Source of the DNA: Klebsormidium nitens
Lineage: Eukaryota; Plantae; Klebsormidiophyceae
DNA: 64,000 nucleotides
Direction of reading: 5' to 3'
Assembly (NCBI GenBank): GCA_000708835.1
Contig: DF237226.1
Location: 49,956 to 113,955 of the forward strand
Under the pieces are notes generated by a model, which was not told the origin of the DNA, did no database searches, and was given only the letters and a program-made list of their open reading frames with translations. The position numbers and the translations under genes were made by a program. Positions 1-12,500 of the stretch are shown piece after piece. How positions within the stretch are numbered: the first letter of the stretch is position 1; each line of letters starts with the position of its first letter.

Positions 1-56
1 TTGATTGACATCTCCAAACGATCGAGATCAGAGACGTGCGCCCTTCAATCGCCCAC

Positions 57-571
57 CTGGACGAAATAGCTGAAGCGCAGCGGCCGGCCGCCGCCCCCGG
101 TTGACTGCCCCGCATCCAGAGTGACCGGGTCGCACACCCCGACCGACGTGGGCGCAGACAGGCTGACTACGGGCGTGGGGCCCACTTCCGGTCCGTCCAG
201 CGGAACGGAACCGGACGCGTTGTACGAGTTCGACGCCGCGTTCCCGATCGTGTTCGGAAGGAGATGGATCGAGTCGGGGGACGCGCTTCCGACCGGTTGG
301 ATCGTCGCGTTGTAGCCAAACTGGACGGTTAGGGTCGCCTTGTTTTGCCAGACACACGTGTACCGCGCCTGCCCGAGCTTGGCGACCACGGTTGGGTCAA
401 GAACGGTGGTGCACATCGCGGTTTGCGAGACGGAGATTTTGGGGTTAGTGGTGCCCATGTTGGTGTCCTGGTCGAAGGTGATGACCAGCGAGTTGAGCAG
501 GTTAGAGAAGCGCGCGGCGACCAGCTTGGGCGCGGGCGCGGGGGAGATGTCCGCCGGGAAGGCGCCGATGA
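57..571 (-). other. Start of a PKD/REJ-like region (last exon in the window)
   Basis: APKLVAARFSNLLNSLVITFDQDTN...C.W....TLTV...PTPVVSLSAPTSVGVCDPVTLDAGQSTGGGGRPLRFSY resembles the segment preceding or opening REJ domains in algal and protist REJ proteins. This is from recall and needs an HMM check. Confidence 0.6.
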
Positions 572-3500
572 CTGCGAATAAGCAATCGGTCGCGCGTAAG
601 CCAGGCTGATTTTCTGAGATGATTTGTTTAGGCCCACAGGACCAGGTCGGGGTGCTTGTGCATTAGGGTGGGTAGGGATATGAGCACGTTCTTTTAAGGC
701 TTACGATCTCCCATGTCGGTCGGAGCTTCTAAGTACTATATTCGTTTGTGTGGTCTTTCTTGGGTTTCATGAGAAACTGCCGGCGTCGGTGACGAGACTT
801 CGCAGAAACGAAAAGGTTGTTCGAGAGAACGCTATTGAAACTTGACAGGGAGCTGTCATTAAAGTAAGAGTCGGCAGAAACAAGGTTCCCGGGGGTTGAC
901 ACGATCTTTGTCTCCGAGAAAGGTGTGAGATGGTGAAACCTGGAACACTCTGCCATGCATTAGCAAGCTGCTTGAGTTCCGTATGATATAACTGTTTCCT
1001 TTCAGCGGAAGCCCTTACAACACAGCGCCAATGTCTTTTTGAGAAGTCAGCCCAGCCCCTTCGAAGAGGACGTCGCAGGACCGAGCCAACCATAGGCGAC
1101 CAGAAATGCACCTTCCGGGCAAGATTTGTCGCCAAAAGCAGGTTGCAAACCGAAATATGGGCCGTTCAATCAAATAAGTCTCTCCGATGCTGCTGGTACG
1201 CTTTGAGATATGAGGCTCTTTTACCCGCCTGAAAGTTTTATTACCGACCGATTCCAGGTGCACAAACGCTTACCAGTGGGCCCGTAAGCCACGATGACGT
1301 TGACCGTCCCATACTTGACGGGCGTGTAAGTCACGGCCGCCTGGCAATCCGTACCGTCCGCCGCGCACCCTGTGAAGATGACGCGGACGCTGGCAGAATC
1401 GACTGCGTCACTCGGGGAGAAGGTGACCTTGGGCAGGAGGCTGACGACATTCCCGGCGGCGTCGCGCGCGGTGACGGTAAAGGCCGCGGCAGTTCCGGCC
1501 GTTCCGACGGTGATTCCGTTGCCGGTGACGGAGCTGGTGTTCCCGGAGACGGCGCCCGGAACGACGATCACCTGCGGCGTAGGGCGCGTGAAGTCAGGTG
1601 ACGTTTGGGATTATAGATGATGACGGCTTGCTCATGATTTGTGTCTTACAAGGTCAAGTTCTGATAAACACGAAGATATTCGCGCCGAATGTTGTTACAC
1701 TAAGTGGTAAGCTGTCCTTATTGTCATTGCATAGTAAGAGAGATTTCATCTAAGTGGGGCAAGATCATTTCTGGTATTACCTGAAGTGAGCACCTCTCAA
1801 TCACACGAGATGCGGACTGAAAGGAAGTCATAATACACGCAATGTCTGGTTTACTACATTCACAGGGGAGCATTTTAGATCAGCGTTCTTTCGACAATCA
1901 AAGAAAGCTTCCATCAGGTTTTGTAAGAAACAAAAAGCCTAAGGCTTCGCTCGCTCCTCACAGAAGTCAGACCGTGGAAATCCAAGCTCAACACTTGATG
2001 GCGAAGCACGCTGCTCTGCTTGAGAACTGCCCTGTTCCTTGGACCCGCACATCCTTGAGTTTCTAACCTAGTTGCAGGAAGCCCAAATCTCTCTTGACCA
2101 TCAAAACCTTGGGGACGGGTGGGGGCAAGCAGAAAGGGCGGGCACGGGTGTGGAGCAGGTGAGAGAATGCGTTTACCTTTATAATTTCAGTGAAGCTTAT
2201 CTGACCATAAGTTGGCTACTCTGACGGAGCTGGCTTTTGAGCATTTTCAACAAAAGGAGAAGCTACGGAAGAAGGAATCTGCGCAGAAGCACCCCTCTCT
2301 CTCCCTGGTTACGATGCTCTGCAGTGCGTAAGCCCACCTGGAAATTGAGCTGGTTATAGCCTTCCTAAGAACTTATGTGCACGATCATCAGCGGTGCGTA
2401 AACATACCTGGAATGGAGACCCCGGCACGACAGCGGAGGCGTCAACGGCGTCTGCCACCGTGACCTGGTAAGTGCCCACGAGGCTAGCGGTGCAGGATGC
2501 TTGGAACTCAGAAGAGACGGCGCTTTCGGCGACCGAGCACTGGAGCGGGACCGGGCCCGCATTCATGATCACAAACGACTTGTCGCCGGTTTTGTAAGGG
2601 TTGCCGTACACGTCCCTGCAGAAGGTAACCTTGAAAGCGTAAGAGGAATTCCGATCACTGGGGCGGCATGGAAACAGAATTGACGGGGGTTGTGTCGCTG
2701 ACATGGAGAGACTCGTGCTGTTGCGTGCAAAAAGACTTCAGAGTTCAAAGCACGAATCCGTAAGAAACGAAAACATTCCTGATGCAACGTGCAATGCACA
2801 CCGCTGCTGAGTACTTTGTGCGATTCATGAGCGCTCGTCCAAACTTCAATACAAGACACAAGAAGGTGCCCGCACTTAAAGTCTCGTCCTTGCCAGCATT
2901 TTGACTCTGATACAATTCGATTTCAAAGAGCCCGTTCCGAAATGCCCATGAGTCTCGGCACATGAAACCTCCAAAACACGCCGTACTTGAAATCTGCAAC
3001 CAAATAGAGCCTAAGTCTTTAAACCTTGAGATAGAAAGACTAGAGCCGGCGAAAACCCACTTGGCCACAACTGTGAAGGCGAGCGGCGTTCCGGAGAGAA
3101 CCGTGGTCGCTGCCGCGGGCGCGGGCCGAATCGCGCACTGGGAAATGTAGAAGTTGGTGTTGACGACCGTGATTAGCATCGGCTGCGGGTTAACAGCGGT
3201 CACGACATCCCCCTTTCGCAGCGACACTGTCAGGCTGTAGACGCCCGAGACGGTCGCCGTGTAGCGGAGCTCGTACGTCCCGTCTTGCTTGTTCACGAGC
3301 GCGGCTTGCACGGTGGCGGGGCCCGTTAACACCGCGGTGTAAACGTCCCCCCCGGTCACGGCGTTGTAGACCTGCGCGTTGCCATTGGCGTCATAGGACT
3401 TGACCAGGATGACGTCCTCCGTCCCGGCCACTCTGACGTCAGCCGGTGAGAAGGGGTCGGTTCCCCCGAGCTTCAGAAGCTTGGCGTCCTTGGCAGAAGT

Positions 3501-6500
3501 CGGCCCCGGGGAAACTTGAACCGTAACCGGGGAGTTTGCGAGCTGCTTGCTAGAATCGGCGTAGCTCTGCAGCTGGATTGAGAGGGATCCCGCGACGGGG
3601 GGAGTGAACGTGACCTGGTACCGCCCGGTTCCGTCGGAAAGGGCGACCGGGGTCAGTACTCCTACATTGGGTACAATCGCCGAGAAAACGTTCGCTTCGC
3701 CGGTAGACTTGATGTCAAGCCCGTTCTCGTCGCTGGGCTGGATGAAGAACGAGGTTTCTGTTCCGACGGTTGCCTTGAGAGCGGAACTGAGCGGACTTCC
3801 GGTAGCGTCCACGGCCTTGGAGGTGGCCGGAGACACCGGCCCCGGCTGCTGCTTCAGGGCGACGCTGCTCGTGGCGACTGTGGTTCCGTCATACTTAACC
3901 GTGATGGTTAGGCCGTTCGGGTTAGCGTTAACCTGGGCGAGGGTCGGGGTGTAAGCTGCCCGGTAGACGCCGTTCCCGAGGCTCGTGACCCCCCCGGTGT
4001 TAAGATTGATGCCCGTAGGGGAGAAGGTTACGGTGAAGGCTTTCCCGGTTGGAACCGCCGGGACGATGTTATGTTGCGCATCGCGCGCGGTGATCAGGAA
4101 GCTAGCTTCGACACCGGAAGCCGCCCCCACGGTGAAACCGGATCCAACCACCAGGCAGTCGGTTGCGGAAACCGCGCCGGGGTTTACGGCGATCGAGAGG
4201 GGCTGCCCGGTCGCCTTGTCGAGAACCGCCACCTGGTTAACTTCTAACGAGAGCCTAACCAGCCCTGACGTCATCGGGGTCACGCTCACGGTGTAAATCC
4301 CCGTGGTTTGGTCCTGGGTTATGGTCGGGGTTAGGTCGGACGACGCCCCCGTCAGCCCGGAGACCGAGGTTAGTTGCAGGTTGGCCTGGCTGACGAGGTT
4401 GGTCAGGACCGGGTTAGCAAACTGGTCCACGAGCTGCACCGTGAAGGTGCCTGCCGCCCCGGCGGTTAAGGCAGAGGGGAACGTAACCACGGTAAGCTGG
4501 GGCGCGGGGGCCGCCGGCTGAACAGTGACGCTCTGGTTACCGGTCGCCGGGTAGAATTGCTGGCTGCCAAGGCTGGCGGCAAGCTGGTACGTACCGGCGA
4601 CGTTCGTTAGGAGCGTGGCCTGGTACGTACCATCGCCGTTGTCGGTTACGTTAACGGGGGACTTGACCGCCCCCCGGGCAAACTGCACGGTGAAGCGGAG
4701 GCCGCCTCCCCAGAGCTGGTTGCTGTTTGCGTCCATTGCCGTGAAGACGACCGAAGCCGGTACGCCCGCCGTCATGGCCGGAAGAGCGGAAACCTGGATG
4801 TTGGCCGGACTGACCAGACCCGGAACGGTGGTCAGCGGAACCCGGCTGACGACCGTGTCCGTGCCGGAAGCTGACGTCAGCGCGACGGTCAGGAAGCTCT
4901 TCTGGTTGGTCGCGAGCAGGCACGGGTAGCTGAAGCTGTACCGCCCGGGGCTGGCCGGCGTCATCTGGCCGGAAACGGAGTCCGTTCCGGTGACGCTGAC
5001 GGAGAAGGCGTCGCTGGTGGATGTCGCCGCGTTTGAGAGGGCGTCGTAGGCGGTGAGGGAGACGACACGTGTCCCCCCGGCGGTGCAGTTGGCGGTGGAA
5101 GCGGTGGAGAGGCGCGACGCGGCCGCGGAGGTCGCGCCTGGGAGGACCACGACGGAGTAGGGGCCGCCGCCAAGAGGAGCGTTGGAGCGAACAATGGTCA
5201 CCTGGTCCCAGAGAGCAAAGATTTTGCTTCAGAACCAAACAAATGGATTGGTATGAAACATAATCAAATGAAGGATTAATTTCTCTAAAAAGGGGTCGAG
5301 ACCGTCATTTTGGAGATGCTTCTGCTTCAGTGCGCACCGAGCTGCCTGATCGGGGGAGTTGAAAAGTTGAAGGTCTTCCTGTACGAAGTGCCTGGTACCA
5401 AATTTATAGGCTGCCAAAGTGCATCAACCAGAATTCCGACACATAGCCCGAATCCAACAGCTTGTTTGACAACCACTGGCGCTTTCTTCCGCGCCTGTCA
5501 AGGCAGGCAAGCCTCGGATATCCGCCAAAGATATGAAAAGGCAACGTTTTAGAACAACACTTTGGTTACGGAGCTTCCAGTCTCCAACTTGAGCGGCCCC
5601 ATTTGTCTTGCAGGGCATCAGAAATGTCCAGACATCCTGTTTTCCTTCGAAAAGCAAAGTCTGCACGTTTGGACTCACCGTGTAATTTCCGGCCTGTTTG
5701 GGCGTGTAGTTCACTTCGTAATGGTCAGTCACAAAGCTTTGCGAGTCGATCGGCAAAGTCGTCCCGCGTCTGCCGTTGACAACTAGGTAGAGCTGCACCC
5801 CGAAGACAAGGTTGTCGTCTGACGCCGTGTTGAGGAAGCTGTCGCGCGCGTAGATTGAGAACGTGGCCTGCGCGCCCGCGGAAAGGGCCTGGGGCGAGGA
5901 TACCGTTCCGATTCCGGTGCCGGTAGCGTAGCAAGCGGCAGTTTGGACGGCGCCTGGAAAGAACGCAGGGATCAGATCAGAGACAGCAGAGGTTTGATTT
6001 AAGGTGGCGCAACTTCAATAGAATCCGGTGTTGAGATGTTACCAGAATCAGACCCGTCCTCGCTTGCTTGTCTCGGTTCATTCGGTCCGCATCACACAAA
6101 TTGAGAGCGAGAACAATAGCCAACTGGACATTACTCTGGTTGCTAACGTCACGAGTGTGTGTGTGCAACCTGCGTCTGGTTCTTTCGCTGTCAGGTTCAG
6201 CAGTGTAGAACCAAAAACGTTCTTGAGAGTCAGTCACATCCAACCGTTGAAGAAAATCTCTGCCGAAACCTAAAACCCCAAAATCCTAAACATCCGTGCC
6301 GCTCACTCGCTCCTCCGCTCCTCTGCGGCAAACTTCAGCTTACCCGGAGTTGAAACCCTCAGCACCATAACAATTCCACTGAATTCTGTGCACTCATATT
6401 CCTGCCGTCCTTTTTGACGTATAGAAGCTGAAAAGCGCAACCGCTTACCGGACTTGACGGAGAGTCCATTGAAGCGCTGTGCCGTGTTCATCACAATGAC

Positions 6501-9500
6501 GTCCAAGTAACTATCTCCGCCGGCAATTGCAGTGTAGGTTGCCAGATAGAGAGATGTGCCGCCCGCCCCGGAGGAAAGGGCCATTGTGGCGTTCACAGTC
6601 ATGCTGGAGTTCTGGGCGGAAGTGACGATCGCGGTCGGTGGGTTAGCCCGGAGGTCGGCAGCGCTAACCGGGTTGCCACCTAAGCCAAGCACAGAGAAGG
6701 AAAGTGGGTCAGAAGAGGTAATCCGGGATGCCACCTGTGCCAAGAACAGATAAGGAAGGTGGGTTAGCCCGGAGGTCGGAAGCTAACCGATTTGCTACTC
6801 ATGCCAAGCACAGAAAAGGAAGTTGGGTTAGTCCGAAAGTCGGAAGCCTTGAACGGTTTGCCAGCTGTGTCAAGGACAGAAAGTGAATGCTCTAGGAACG
6901 TGAAGGGACCGCCCACTTCTTTCCTTCATGACAATGCAAGGGATAAGGCTTTGTGGACTCTTGAACTGCGAAGCTGAGACAGGGATGCGACACTTCGAAC
7001 TTTGTTCTTCGCCGTAATCTCCATACCGCGCAGCCAAGCTCTTCTGAGAGTCAATCGCTTTCTTCTCTGTTTGTAGACCTGAGAAAGCACTGTTGGATCG
7101 GCCTTTGCAGGTGCAGAATTGTATTTGCACCAGCTTGGCACAGAAAGAAGAGCGAACTGATACTTGAAAAACAAAAAGTACATGGAAAAGAGAACTACTT
7201 TTGTAGACACGAGGTAAAAGTACGCCGAAGCGCTCACCCGCATCCCTGAGGATGATCTGGAAGGTCGACTTGACGCCAGCCTGCGCTGACGTCACCCCCT
7301 GTCCCCGGAGCTCCGTCTGCATTGGGTCCGGCAGTCCGGTGGCCACGCTGAAGGTGATGATGTTGGATGATCCCCCTACCACCGCCGCGCCGATCTCCGG
7401 GTGCTGGGGGTTTGAATACAAGACCTGGCACTTGTAACTCCCTGCCATGAACGGATTGTACCCGGCCGAAAAGACGGTGGTCCCGTTTGCCAAGATGGAA
7501 ATGGGGTTTAGGGTCTCTGTGCTGAGGTCGGGGAGGGTTATGATAACCGAGAACGAGTCCGCACCGGAAACCAGGTAGTCTTGCGCGTTCTTGTACTTGT
7601 CGCGCGGAGCAATCTGGACGGTGAGCGGGTTAGGGACGCGCCGAACGGGGTTTTGGGGGAAGATGACTACGCTGGTGCCCATGACGTCAGTCACTGCCGA
7701 CGCAACCGTCATCGCGAAGCCGGCCGGATATGTGGTCAGCACCTTGCCGTTAACCGACACGTTTATTGTGAACATACCACTGACGGTGGGCGTGAAGCTG
7801 GCGACAAACTGGCCGTTGTTGGCGTCGACGAAATTGAGGCTGAGCCCCGCTGACGTCACGCCGCCGGCTGACGTCACGCTGGCCGCCACCGTGGAGCTCT
7901 TCCCGTTCGACAGCGGCAGGCCGTTGGCGTCGATCAGGGTGAGCGTCAGCTTCGCCGCCTGCCCGGCGACAATGACGGAATTGATGCCGTCTCCGGTGAC
8001 GGTCGTCTGGCCGGCGTCAGCCGCCCCCACGGCGGGGCGAACGTTGAGCGTCTGGGGCCCCACTGAAATGGCCTGGCCGTCGAAAGTGACGGTAATCTGC
8101 TGCGTTCCGGATGCGGATGCCGTGTAAGACACCACGCACTGAGCGGGGTTGTTCGCGTCCGGCTGCGGGCTTTGCGCGGTGATCGTCTGCGCGCCGGAAA
8201 AGGTCACCACAAACTTCGAGCACATCGCGGCCGCGGCCGCGCCCGCGGCCAGGACCGGGTTGTTGTTCGCGTCCTGGGGTGTAAGATAGATAAGCGCGGA
8301 GGTGCACCCGGTTCCGGTAAGACACGCCAGGGCGCCCTTCAGGCCGGAACCGGAAGCCAGGCAGTTGCTCGGGGAAGCAATCCCCGGGGTTACGAGCCCG
8401 GCGTAAGGGCTCCCCTGGAGGGCCGGACCGTCCGAAAAGCTGAGCGCGGTGATAAGCGTCCCGGCTTTGAGGGGCGTGTACGGAAGAATGATCTGCCCGG
8501 CACTTCCTACCGAGGGGCTTCCAACCGTCACCGCCTCCGCCCCCGAGAGAGTGACGAAGCTGCTGGAGCTTCCCACGCGCACCTGGAAGCTGGCGGTTAG
8601 CCTGCTAACCAGGCTGGTTAAGTCGTCCTGGGTCGGGTTACCGAACTGGTCGCGTGCCTGGATGACGAGCTGCGTCGCCACGCCAGCTACTGTAGAGGCC
8701 GTTCCTATTCCGTTTCCGCTGGCGGAGAAGGCGGAGAGCTTCTTGGCGCCGGCCGGAACCTGGAAGTTTTGGAGCGTGGCGGAAGTGCCCGGGCTGCCCT
8801 TGACCGGGACACCGTTCACCCGGATCGTGACGTTATACGCGCCGGCCTGGGTGGTGGTTAGCGTTAACCCGTAGGTTCCGTCGTAGTTGTTAGCGACGGA
8901 GAACCCGGTTGAAAGGAGCCCGGCGCTCGGGGCGGTCTCCAACAGCCGGCGCATGACGCTGCCCTGCCCCTGCCCGCCGCCCAGCTGCGCGTTGGTGACG
9001 GCAGCACCGCTGACGTTGTAGTACGAACCGGGGACGTAAGCGCCCAGGTTGCCAAAGGCGTCCTTGGTGGTCAGCAGGAAGGATGACGTCAGCCCGGCGG
9101 CGCTCTCGGTGGTGCTGACGAGAGTGACGGTGGATGACGCGGCATCTACCGAGGCGGGGGCGACTGCAATTTTGAAGGGGCTCCCGGCGATCGGCGCTGG
9201 TCCTCCGTCTCCGGTGTTGAGCGTGACGGCCAGGGAGTAAGCGACCGGGGTAGGCAATCCGCTATCAGAGGAGGCCGCGGACTTGGTCGCCGAGAAGGAG
9301 ATGACGTAAGATCCTGGAAGAAGCGGGTGGAGGAGGTTACAGAAAGAACGGAGAAGAACGAGTTGAGGAAAATGATGAAGAAGGAAGGAGTTCATTTCCA
9401 CCCTGGTTTGTACTCACAACTCTCGAAGCTGGACGGCGCAGTTTCTGAAGGAAAATCTGATTCGGTGCTTGTTGTGCAAGGCCCGAAGACCTTCAAGAAA

Positions 9501-12500
9501 GTTCTTTCGTTTCTGCACAGTTCGATACTCCGGGGCAACAGACCTTGCTGCTCCTTAAAAGTGATTCATTTGTCTTGGTCAAAGGTGCATAAAGCAACTC
9601 AAATTTCTGCAACCATCAAAGGTTGCGAACTTTTGAACAATCGAGAATTGAGTTTTCACCACTGGACGCTTTTAACAGAAGGTCTCAGCAAGACTAAAAC
9701 GCATAAACAGATCGACAGGGAGATCTGAATGAGCGTTCCCCAGTCCCATAACGGGTCACTTCCTCTGCACAAATCTCCCAGAACTATAAGGTAGCAGGAA
9801 GGACGCACACAAAGAAAGGCTCTACTCTTGAACAGCTCTGCCTCAGCGCACATGGAGCTCTTCGACTTTTCATATTCCTCACCGTTCGTGTTGACAAGGC
9901 TGTAGGTTGCTCCCGTCGTCTTCCCATCCATCGCAGTCGGAGGATCGAACGTGACGGTAAACGTGTCGTCCGTCTTCGTCTGCAGCTTCCCATAGATGTC
10001 ATACGTCGTCACGATCAGCTTCGTCGTCTGCCCCGCCACGATCGTTGTCTGCGCGCCGGCCGCGAGCGCGCCCGACGCGCCCGCGAGCCGCGCCGTCGTC
10101 TTCGCGGCGCTGGAAAGCGCTGCGCTGATCGTAACCGCGAAGGGCGCGCCAGACCCGATGACGGCCGTGCCGACGTATATGTATACCTTATGGGGTCCAG
10201 ACACGACCGCCGTATAAGTCGCCGTCAGCGTCCCGTCGTTGTTGTTAACCACGGTCCCGGGGAACCGGGAGTTAGTCGCCGTGGTGACCACCTGGACTGA
10301 GACCGCGCCGGGGTTAAGGACCGGGTTACCGTAGGCGTCCTTGCACGCGATGGTGAAGCTGGTCGGGACGCCGGCCTGGCCCCCGGTGGAAACCGCCGGG
10401 CCGGAGGCGCTGGACCGGGCGGCGCTCGGCGCGCCCGCGTTAACCAGAATTTGCTGCGGCTGGCCGATCGGTACAGAGACCCCGGGGAAGGCAGTCTGGT
10501 TGGCGGTCACGGTTAAGGTATACGTGCCCGCGGTTTGGAGTAACCCGATCGCGCTGTAGATGCGCTGCACGCCCTGGTAGCGCGCGCACGGGACGTCGAG
10601 AGTCGCGCCCCCGGAAGCAGTGAACGTGCCCTGGCAGGAGGCCCCGGTGTCCATCGGAACGTAGTTGCTGAAACTGTCGTAGAGGAAGACTTGGATCTCC
10701 TGGGCCTGACCGGCGGTCCAAAGGTTCGGGGTTTTGAGTGGCGCCGAGAAGGCGCCCGTCAGGAAACTAGAGGTGGCGCTCGCGAGGCCGGGGGTCACGG
10801 TAACAGTTGACGCCCCGGTCGCAATGGGCTGCCCGGCGAGGAGCACCGACAGCTGGTAACTGCTCGCGGTATTAAGCGTTACCGAGGCCTGGTAGCTTTG
10901 GTTGACGAAAGCGACCGGGTAATCCCTGATCGCTCCCCCGGTCGGCATCACCCGCACCGAAAACGCGTCCGAAGCGGCGGGGTAGTTGTCGCCGTACGCA
11001 ACCGGGTTGCTGTACGCGTCCGTCGGAACTATAACCGCCTGGACGCTCTGCCCGGCGGTGATCGCCGCGGGCGCGAACTTCGCCGCGAGGGTGGTCATGC
11101 CCGCTGCGGTGGGGCCCGGGAGGATGACGAGCGGCTGACGAGTCAGTGACGTCAGCGGCGTATCGCCCATGGAGACCGTCATCACGTACGAGCCCGCTTT
11201 GGTGTAAGAGTAGGAGACGGTATACGTGCCGTCTTTGTTGTCAATTACGCTGGTCGTGAAGGCGCCCTGCGCGGCGCCCGCGGCGGGTGGCCACACTTTC
11301 ATTTGGAAAGTCGCCCCCCCTTGGAACAGCCGGATGGCGTTTGAGTCCACGGCGGTGATGACGAACGTGGCGGTCGTCCCTGCGACTGCGCCGGCCAGGC
11401 CGACGCCGGAAGCTGACGTCTTGGTGACGTCAATCTTGCGGGTGGTGGTGGCGCTGAGGATGGAGAGCGTGACGGGGCTGCTGACGTTGGTCTGCGTCCC
11501 CACGTTCTGGCCGCCGAGCATGACTTGCATCTTGTACGTGCCCGCGTTCGCGAAGTTGTAGTTGACGCGGTACGTACCGTCGCCGTTGTCGCTGACGTAA
11601 GCGGAGCAGTTGGCGGGCGTGCAGGACGGGTCGAGCGCGCGCGCGTAGAAGGAGTCGCCACCGGTGGACTTGGCGTTGCCCAGCGAGTCGCTGATAAGAT
11701 GAAGACATCAGAAGCTTCATTATTTGCTTCGTGGTCAGATTTCTGTGAAACAAGCAGGCTTGCGTTTTGGAAAGTTAAGAAAGCTTGTGGCTCAGCTTAA
11801 CAGATCCGCATGATACTTACTATTTGAGACCACCTGTTCAAGCTCGCCCAATGAGATCGAAGCACTCTTTAACCATGCTGAAATTGTTGAGTATTTCTAA
11901 CAAGTACGCGTAAGAACGGCTTCTTGAGAGCCAGCCAATGACGAGAATGGAGGATAGGAGTTTTCGTCACTCAGTGGAACTAGATTTCAAAGAATGATCT
12001 TTCATCCATCATGTCAAGGCTAGCCCGGAGAAAAGCCCAAAATTGTTCTGGTTGGTGCCTCAGTGCTGCACGCACAGAAGTAGTCTTGAAACCAACATGA
12101 GTCTCATCAACATAGAAATTCAAACACGGCTAAACGAAGATCAATCTGCCAACAGAAACTGTGCAGATTTCAAATCAAAGCAGCTCACAAATAACGGAAC
12201 ACACCTCTTCTTGTGCTTATAGCGCTCTCAAGATTCCGAGATGGTCGTCAAATTCGGATGCATTAGGCAGAGAAGCACTTACACAGCGGTAACAGTGAAG
12301 CTGCTGCCTACGGCCGCGATGCTCCCCGCCAGCCCAGTTCCTCCCAACCGACACAGCGCCGCACTAGTTGGGCCGCTCGCAATCGTCCCCAGGAAAGGAC
12401 CAGCAGCTTTGCCGTTAACCAGGATGGCTGTCGACAGAAGTCCGGGCGTGGCCGCGGTGTAAGTGATGACGTACTGGCTCGTATTCCCGTCAAAAGTGGG

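Noticed and set aside
6680-6743. Exon 17 starting at 6734, as the ORF track suggests
   Set aside because: The upstream donor (7237) is phase 1. Only the acceptor at 6680/6679 keeps the frame and rebuilds RDAGGNP.
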